Below, in pieces: positions 17,679 through 23,749 of a stretch of 23,749 nt of DNA (positions are counted from its first letter, which is position 1; every line of letters starts with the position of its first letter). Source of the stretch: Candidatus Heimdallarchaeota archaeon (GTDB lineage: Archaea; Asgardarchaeota; Heimdallarchaeia; JABLTI01). Made by a program: the position numbers and the translations under genes. The DNA lies in assembly GCA_019058275.1 (NCBI GenBank), contig JAHLVW010000003.1:1-23749 (forward strand), in the 5' to 3' direction. The notes below the pieces were generated by a model, which saw only the letters and a program-made list of their open reading frames with translations, made no database searches and had not been told where the DNA came from.

Positions 17679-19548
17679 ATGGAAGATCCAAAAGTTCGAG
17701 AAAAATTCGATACCACCCTAGAACTGTTTGTTGAAAGAGCAAAACAAGACACTCAAGTTCTAGGAATCATCCTTTTTGGCAGTCTTGCACATAACAGAGT
17801 CTATGAACGCTCGAATATCAATATCATGGTAGTAACTAAGGAAGCTCCGGCTACAAAAGAATCGTTGAAAATGGAATTCCCTTTGACATAGGTATCTACA
17901 ATATCAATGCCTTTAGAAGAAATATCTTTGGAAGAAGAAGAGTTGCTTATCATCAGAGCTTATCTCGTAGCAGATTATTGTTTAGTAGAGATAATAGTAT
18001 TGATGACATGTATAACAATATCAGCAAATCTATTAGCGGACAAGATCAAGAAATCAATCATATACTATATCATGGTGCAACTCATTATGACCTCAAAAAG
18101 GCTGAGAAATTTCTCTATATAAAAGATAAACCAGAATACAGTATGTGGCTTGTCGTACATACACTCAGCGAAATGGGTTATCTTATGTGCTACATGAATG
18201 GAATATTCCCACCTCGAGAGGTTATACTTGAAGCCAAAAAACTCTATCTGAAATTTATGCTCCACTTTACGACAACTTGGTAAATAGCACTGCAACAAAG
18301 GAAATCTTAGAAAATACTATAAGAGAAACTTATAGATTTCTTGATGAGCATACACTAGATAACTTTAGACCAATATTAAACTACATAACAGAAAATGATG
18401 GAACTGCTACAGAAAAAGAACTGGAAATCTATACGAGAGCTAAAGGATTGTATTTCGTTGATTTAGAATACTTGCATAGAAGACGAATCATTCGAAGAAC
18501 TTTTGCTCCAGTTAAAATAACAAAGAAAGGACGTATAGAGTATAACATGCCCCAATATCATTTTGATTGGGATTCCTTTGATTCAAAAGAGGTAATACCT
18601 TCACAAATAGGACCATCAAATGTTGATAGATCGATTATAGTTAAAGATTATCAAGCAGCTTTTGATTCATTATTTGAGAAAGTAAAACAAGATGAATATA
18701 TCCTATCACTTATGGTTTTTGGTAGCTTAGCGTACGATAAAGTATGGGAAAAATCAGATATTGGAGCCATATTAGCTACAAGTGATGAAAAATATAGAAG
18801 TCGTCATTCTTTGATAGAAATGGATGTATCAATTGATACTTTGGTTTATACTCGAGATGAGTATAGAAAGATACTTCAAAGAATAACTGATGGAAGTGTT
18901 ATACAATCACTTTTCTCAAAGAGTAAAGTAGTCTATACAAAAGATGAAACAATATATGACATATATGAAGACATTCAGAAAATGGGTTCTAGAGATTTAG
19001 AACACATACTTCTAGCAAATTATGTATATTGTAGAGATTTGTTAAATAAGGCTTTAAGAGCACTTAACGTCAACGATGATCCGGCATTTAGCTTTATACT
19101 TTCAGCAATAAGACGATTAGCAAATATAGAAGTTATATTAGACAAACAAATACCCATAAGAGAATCAATAATACAAGCACTTGAAATTAATCCAAAGTTC
19201 TTCAACACAATATTCATTGAAGCGGTTCGCAAGTCATCAAAAGACGAAAAAGCATTGAATGCACTAATCCAGAAAATAGAAGAGTATTTGGATGAAAGAC
19301 TAGAAAAGATAGTTCAACCTATCCTACGACTCATAGATAAATATCAAGAAGCAACATATTCACTCATCTGGAATTATCTCAATGAAATTAATATTCCAAT
19401 AGATTTGAGTGACTTTGTAAAGAAAGATCTTATTGATGAAATTGACACACCAATTCGTTTTGTTAGAAAAAGTTCTTCGAATATGAATCAACCAGCATAT
19501 ATTTTAGCAGATAGTACCTCAGATATGATGATGGGATTTGATGTTTAA
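17679..19548 (+). pseudogene. Tandem-duplicated Pol-beta superfamily nucleotidyltransferase (two NTase + helical + winged-helix-like units), two frameshifts
   Basis: ORFs 17679, 17978 and 18277 join via -1 shifts near 17845 and 18240 into about 623 aa. Unit 1 has FGSLAHNRVYERSNINI and unit 2 has FGSLAYDKVWEKSDIGAI. The units align along their whole length. Confidence 0.75.
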
Positions 19549-19580
19549 TCAATATTTCATCATTACTTCTTTTCTTTTTC

Positions 19581-19928
19581 TCATTTCCTCTTTGGTATAT
19601 TTATTGTTATAAGAAAAAGCTCTTCCTTTCCATTATTTTTATAGCCATGAGATATACCAGCAGGAATTTCAATTACTAGATTAGGCTCAATAATATATTC
19701 TTCATTATCTAAATAGCCCACACCTTGTCCTTTTATGAAATACAACACATGATGATAAGAATCTATATGTTTCTTAAATTCACCATTATGTTCTACTTTG
19801 GTATATGATATAGTAACATCTGTCAATTCATTTGGGAGTAAAGATTTACCAAAAACATTTGAGGAAATATCCTTTCTTATCGGTAACCAATCAACTTTTT
19901 CAATATTATAGACCTTCTTCTTAATCAT
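19581..19928 (-). CDS. Cupin-domain protein
   Basis: KKHIDSYHHVLYFIKGQG...EIPAGISHGYKNNG cupin motifs 1 and 2. Confidence 0.85.
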   Translation of the reverse strand: MIKKKVYNIEKVDWLPIRKDISSNVFGKSLLPNELTDVTISYTKVEHNGEFKKHIDSYHHVLYFIKGQGVGYLDNEEYIIEPNLVIEIPAGISHGYKNNGKEELFLITINIPKRK

Positions 19929-20072
19929 TTGAAACCCTCAATTTATTTATCTACAGTACTTTTCATATATTTTACATAAATTACATAATAGTTAATAATG
20001 AAGATTTTGATGTAATTTCATTGGAGAGAAGTAAATTTCTAGATGATCACTGAAAGAAAGGGATGAAGTCTA

Positions 20073-20579
20073 ATGTCTAGTGAGCCTTCAAGAAAGAGAT
20101 CATGGATATATGGATCTATAATTACAGTTTGTTTTATAGCAATAGCTATTTTGATAGGTTATTTTACCGATTCATGGGAAGGTGCTCTAACTTTATTTGT
20201 TTTAGCAGGCCTAGGATTGGTAATTACAATACTATATTCTACTCTATTTTATATCAAAAAACTTGAAATACCAAATATTAATTTTGAGTTAATTTCGATT
20301 TTGGATATTGATAAGGAAGAACAAAATACTGAGGATAAAAGAAATAACACTGATGAAAAAGTCTACTACTATGTTGAAAGGATAAGCAATCCACCAAAGG
20401 AAGAAAATTGCAGAATATCATTAAGGTCAATAGAAAAAGAGCGAGAAGCAATCCAATGTCTTTTTTGTAAATCATTTTTCATTGAAGATTATCTAAAGAG
20501 ATGGCTGTTAGAGGATGAAATCTGTCCTGTATGTAAAGCTGTCCTAATGAGTTCATTTGATGAAATTGAGAATACTTAA
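20073..20579 (+). CDS. Membrane-anchored (2 TM) protein with C-terminal degenerate RING finger, putative E3 ligase
   Basis: Two N-terminal TM helices. CRIS-x12-CLFC-x3-FIEDYLKRW-x6-CPVC. Confidence 0.75.
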   Translation: MSSEPSRKRSWIYGSIITVCFIAIAILIGYFTDSWEGALTLFVLAGLGLVITILYSTLFYIKKLEIPNINFELISILDIDKEEQNTEDKRNNTDEKVYYYVERISNPPKEENCRISLRSIEKEREAIQCLFCKSFFIEDYLKRWLLEDEICPVCKAVLMSSFDEIENT

Positions 20580-20603
20580 AAGCATATAAATCCAAATTCA
20601 ATT

Positions 20604-21089
20604 ATGCGTTTTAATAGATATTTTGAATTAATAACTTGGATAACTCTTATTGGTGGTATAGTCCTTGCAGGAGTTGGGTTATACAAATTCGGTTTTGCTG
20701 AAAATTCTGATTATGCAATTTTGATGTTGGTTATTGGATTAGTTATGCTAACAATAGGTATAGTTTTGTTTGTTATTAATGAAAGAAATCAAAGAAAAAA
20801 GAAATCTATAAAAGAGAAACCAACTAGACAACAACGATCTGTTAATTATTCTATAAGAACGCAACTAGATGATGAAAAACCAATGAAAAAAGGGAAGTTA
20901 ATTGCTTCCATTGTTGATTATCCAGTTGTAGGGGAAGTTTGTATGATATCAAAGCTTCCTATAGAGGATGATGACAATGTCTTGCAATGCCCATTTTGTA
21001 GTTCTTACTTCATAAAGAAATATCTTGAGGAATGGACTAAGAACAATAAAACTTGTCCAGTATGTAAGAGCATTATACTTGAAGAATAA
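20604..21089 (+). CDS. Membrane-anchored (2 TM) protein with C-terminal degenerate RING finger, paralog of the upstream gene
   Basis: Two TM helices and a basic linker. CMIS-x12-CPFC-x3-FIKKYLEEW-x6-CPVC. Confidence 0.75.
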   Translation: MRFNRYFELITWITLIGGIVLAGVGLYKFGFAENSDYAILMLVIGLVMLTIGIVLFVINERNQRKKKSIKEKPTRQQRSVNYSIRTQLDDEKPMKKGKLIASIVDYPVVGEVCMISKLPIEDDDNVLQCPFCSSYFIKKYLEEWTKNNKTCPVCKSIILEE

Positions 21090-21164
21090 TCAAATAACTT
21101 AGTTATTCTTATTCTGGAATTAAAAAAATAGAAATAAGAAAATAGAAAGAATTGATTATAATTA

Positions 21165-22052
21165 TCAATACTTTCCAAAATACCAATTTGTGTCCCAGTT
21201 GCCAATCCATGATAAAATCAATGATTTTGGTCCTATATGAACTCCAATTGTTGGACCGATTTCGTAGAGCTTAAGTTCTTTTGGTGCATTTGGTATGTCT
21301 TTTATTACATCATAGAGTTTTGCAGCATTAGTATCATCAGCAGCGTATCCTATCCATACTGTATCTACTAATAGATTATCGAATACCTTAGGAGCCATAT
21401 CTACAAATTTATTAAACGCTTCATCAAATCCTTTGACTTTCCCCACACTTTCAATAACCCCATCCTTAAGATTCAAGATAGGTTTCATTTTCAATAGTGT
21501 TCCTAACACTTTAGATGCTCTGCCAATCCTACCACCTCTATGTAAATACTCTAAAGTATCAACAACACCAAAAACACGGACATTAGGTCTGAAACTATTA
21601 TTCAAAACATTTTCTAATTGCTCTTTTGTTTTACCTGCTTCAACCATCTTAGCTATTTCAGTTACGGTTATACCTAATCCATGTGTCACTGAATTGCTAT
21701 CAACTAGAATAAGGTCTTTGTCTTTTAGCATTTGTTTTGCTAAATTAGCAGAATTTATAGTACCGGACATATTCGCGTTTATATGGATTGAGAAAACAGT
21801 TTCATATCCATTATCAAAAGCTTTATTATAATATTCTAGCATTTCTCGAGCTGATGGTTGTGAGGTAGTTGGCCAAGGACCTTTCCCTTCTTCGAGTCTA
21901 CTATAAACTTCATTTGCGTCTATAGTTTTACCATCTTTATATTTCTCTTCACCGAAGAAAATATTTAACGGAACAACATCAATGTTGTATTTTTTTGCAA
22001 CATCAGGCGGAATATCACTTGTAGAATCTGTGATAATCTTAATCTTTGACAT
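21165..22052 (-). CDS. DegV family fatty-acid-binding protein (FakB-like)
   Basis: IITDSTSD, VVPL, PTTSQPS, SGT..SA, VDS, TLEYLHRGGRIG, KPIL, IGVHIGP. GGAGA RBS. Confidence 0.93.
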   Translation of the reverse strand: MSKIKIITDSTSDIPPDVAKKYNIDVVPLNIFFGEEKYKDGKTIDANEVYSRLEEGKGPWPTTSQPSAREMLEYYNKAFDNGYETVFSIHINANMSGTINSANLAKQMLKDKDLILVDSNSVTHGLGITVTEIAKMVEAGKTKEQLENVLNNSFRPNVRVFGVVDTLEYLHRGGRIGRASKVLGTLLKMKPILNLKDGVIESVGKVKGFDEAFNKFVDMAPKVFDNLLVDTVWIGYAADDTNAAKLYDVIKDIPNAPKELKLYEIGPTIGVHIGPKSLILSWIGNWDTNWYFGKY

Positions 22053-22066
22053 AATCTATCTCCTGT

Positions 22067-22090
22067 AAAATAGTTTTTTCAAACTATTTT
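22067..22090. promoter_or_regulatory. Perfect inverted repeat upstream of degV, probable operator or leader hairpin
   Basis: AAAATAGTTT-TTTC-AAACTATTTT, between the degV RBS and a TTTTAAAT box on the minus strand. Confidence 0.45.
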
Positions 22091-22300
22091 TTTATATTCT
22101 ATCTTGTTCATTTAAAAGACTTTTTTAAATTTAACAGTAAAAAACCAATATAATTGTCGGTTTAGAATCTTAAGTTTGAGTTAAAGCGAACATTTTAATA
22201 AAGGAAATGAATGAAGGAATTTGAGAGTAATGAGCCCTCTCTGATCCAAATTTGCTTTCGGATTGAATAAAACTCTAATTATTTATCATTGGTGAAATCA

Positions 22301-23236
22301 TTGGAAATTGTAGCAAAATTTGGTCGTGAGGATTTAGCCATTCTATATATTGCTCGAAAAAATGAACGTTATTTTGAATTTGTTGAATCTCTCCAACCAC
22401 CAGTTCCTCGAGAGAAGAAATGGGTTCTAATTATCTCTACTATGTTCGGTTGTCCTGTACGATGTTCTATGTGTGATGCAGGAAGTTATTATCACGGGAA
22501 AATAACAGAGGATCTTCTTCTCGAGCAAATTGATCATATGGTTTCAAAACGTTATCCTGACAGAACTATTCCTGCAGATAAATTCAAAGTACAATTCGCT
22601 CGTATGGGCGAACCTACATTAAATCTTGATGTTCTCAATGTTATGAATAAATTATCAAGCCTCTACAATGCTCCTGGATTAATACCTTGCATTTCAACAA
22701 TCGCTCCTGAAAAAGCAACAAATTTTATGGAAAAAATGATAGAGATAAAAAATAATCATTATTCCAATGGACACTTTCAATTACAATTCTCAATTCATTC
22801 AACAGATAAGCAAGTTAGAAAAAAAATTATACCATATAAAATTTGGTCGCTAGAAGAAATAGCAACTTATGGTGATAGTTTTTGGAACAAAGGAGATAGA
22901 AAAATAACCTTGAATTTTGCTGCTGAAAAAAGAAATCCTTTGGTACCTGAAAGATTAGCAGAACTTTATGATCCTAATAGATTCTTTATTAAAATTACTC
23001 CAATTAATCCTACAGAAAAAGCAAAAGCACACAGCTTGCAATCTATGATTTCACCTGAAACAGGTGAATTTGCTAAGCAAAAAATAAAAGAAATACAAGA
23101 TCATGGATTTGAAGTGCTTTTAAGCATAGGTGAGCTTGAAGAAAATCACATAGGCAGTAATTGTGGGCAACATGCTTTAAAATTCGAGAATGGAACATAT
23201 ACTATAGAAGAGTTTCAAAGGTATCAAGATTCTTGA
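22301..23236 (+). CDS. Radical SAM protein, RlmN/Cfr-like but atypical
   Basis: ISTMFGCPVRCSMCDAG (CxxxCxxC), FARMGEP, LQFSIH, C-terminal IGSNCGQ. Start is likely the TTG at 22301, after the GGTGA RBS at 22291-22295. Confidence 0.8.
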   Translation: MEIVAKFGREDLAILYIARKNERYFEFVESLQPPVPREKKWVLIISTMFGCPVRCSMCDAGSYYHGKITEDLLLEQIDHMVSKRYPDRTIPADKFKVQFARMGEPTLNLDVLNVMNKLSSLYNAPGLIPCISTIAPEKATNFMEKMIEIKNNHYSNGHFQLQFSIHSTDKQVRKKIIPYKIWSLEEIATYGDSFWNKGDRKITLNFAAEKRNPLVPERLAELYDPNRFFIKITPINPTEKAKAHSLQSMISPETGEFAKQKIKEIQDHGFEVLLSIGELEENHIGSNCGQHALKFENGTYTIEEFQRYQDS

Positions 23237-23251
23237 AGCTGGTAAAGATTC

Positions 23252-23749
23252 ATGAAAAAAGAGAATTACTTCACTAAAAACAATAAAGATAAGAAAATTC
23301 TAGAATGGAAAAAAATTCTCTCTAACTATTATTCTTCAAAAAAGAATATTAAATTTGAGAAGGATAATGCAGTCTTACTCATTATTGATATGCAAGAGTA
23401 TTTTCTTGATCCATCTTCTCATGCTTATCTTCCTGCTTCTGAAACAATCATTGAACCCATAAAGAAATTACAAGATGCTTTCCATAGTAGAAATAAAGCT
23501 GTCTTTTTTACTAAACATGGTTTAACTGAAGGGTTAGATGATAATATAATGCATAAATGGTGGAATGGCTCTTTGTTTATCGATGATCCATTGGCTAAGA
23601 TAAGTGGAAATTTTGATACTAATGCAGCTACTGTAATTTCTAAAACAACATATGATGTTTTTATTAGAACAAATTTTCTTCATTTGTTAACTAAACTAGG
23701 TTATACTCAATTAGTTATTACAGGTGTTGCAACTCATCTGTGTTGTGAA
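23252..23749 (+). CDS. Isochorismatase-family cysteine hydrolase (partial, runs off the window)
   Basis: Not in ORF track. ATG 23252 is open to the end: LLIIDMQEYF (Asp), ISKTTYDVF (Lys), ITGVATHLCCE (Cys) catalytic triad. Confidence 0.9.
   Translation, partial: MKKENYFTKNNKDKKILEWKKILSNYYSSKKNIKFEKDNAVLLIIDMQEYFLDPSSHAYLPASETIIEPIKKLQDAFHSRNKAVFFTKHGLTEGLDDNIMHKWWNGSLFIDDPLAKISGNFDTNAATVISKTTYDVFIRTNFLHLLTKLGYTQLVITGVATHLCCE

Noticed and set aside
17350-18250. Programmed -1 frameshifting in the hydrolase and NTase genes
   Set aside because: A-runs lie near two of the shifts, but no stimulatory structure was seen and the co-operonic uvrA is plainly destroyed. Decay is the simpler explanation.
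17907-19232. ORFs 17907-18122 (+), 18065-18298 (-) and 19020-19232 (-)
   Set aside because: Alternative-frame or antisense shadows of the NTase pseudogene.
17679-19548. MNT-HEPN toxin-antitoxin pair or CBASS cyclase
   Set aside because: The units are about 300 aa and fused. No convincing conserved RxxxxH RNase motif and no Cap effector genes were seen.
20278-21831. ORFs 20278-20475 (-), 21005-21205 (-) and 21433-21831 (+)
   Set aside because: They overlap the RING genes or degV and lack independent support.
22223-22276. Fluoride or glycine riboswitch
   Set aside because: Superficial resemblance only. Conserved elements (AACCGC / GCUGAUGAC, or CCGAAG / CUCAGG) are missing.
1-23749. CRISPR array, tRNA/rRNA, IS element or integrase
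   Set aside because: No regularly spaced repeats, cloverleaf, GC-rich RNA gene or transposase/recombinase motif was seen.

Overview
AT-rich (about 30% GC by eye) archaeal-looking window, most plausibly from an Asgard archaeon (Heimdallarchaeia-like). That assignment is an inference from GGTGA/GGAGG RBSs, TTTAAATA-type TATA boxes, a TPR-longin fusion, membrane-anchored RING proteins and a PGF-CTERM surface protein. Intact genes: L-lactate permease (partial), YciI-like protein, PqqB-like MBL hydrolase, a glycyl-radical activase plus trans-4-hydroxy-L-proline dehydratase (HypD) pair, MarR plus a PNPOx-like protein with a clear operator, S9 peptidase, TPR-longin protein, PGF-CTERM Ig-like protein, cupin, two TM-anchored one-zinc RING (SP-RING/U-box-like) proteins, DegV, and an atypical RlmN-like radical SAM enzyme followed by an isochorismatase-family hydrolase (partial). 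Seven pseudogenes, fragmented in or missing from the ORF track, can be reconstructed in two clusters. The 5.5-9.5 kb cluster holds plsY, an EXPERA/EBP-like gene, ycaQ and a VOC remnant. The 15.6-19.5 kb cluster is a decaying operon of uvrA-like, alpha/beta hydrolase and a tandem-duplicated Pol-beta nucleotidyltransferase, behind a structured leader. No rRNA, tRNA, CRISPR array or transposase was seen.
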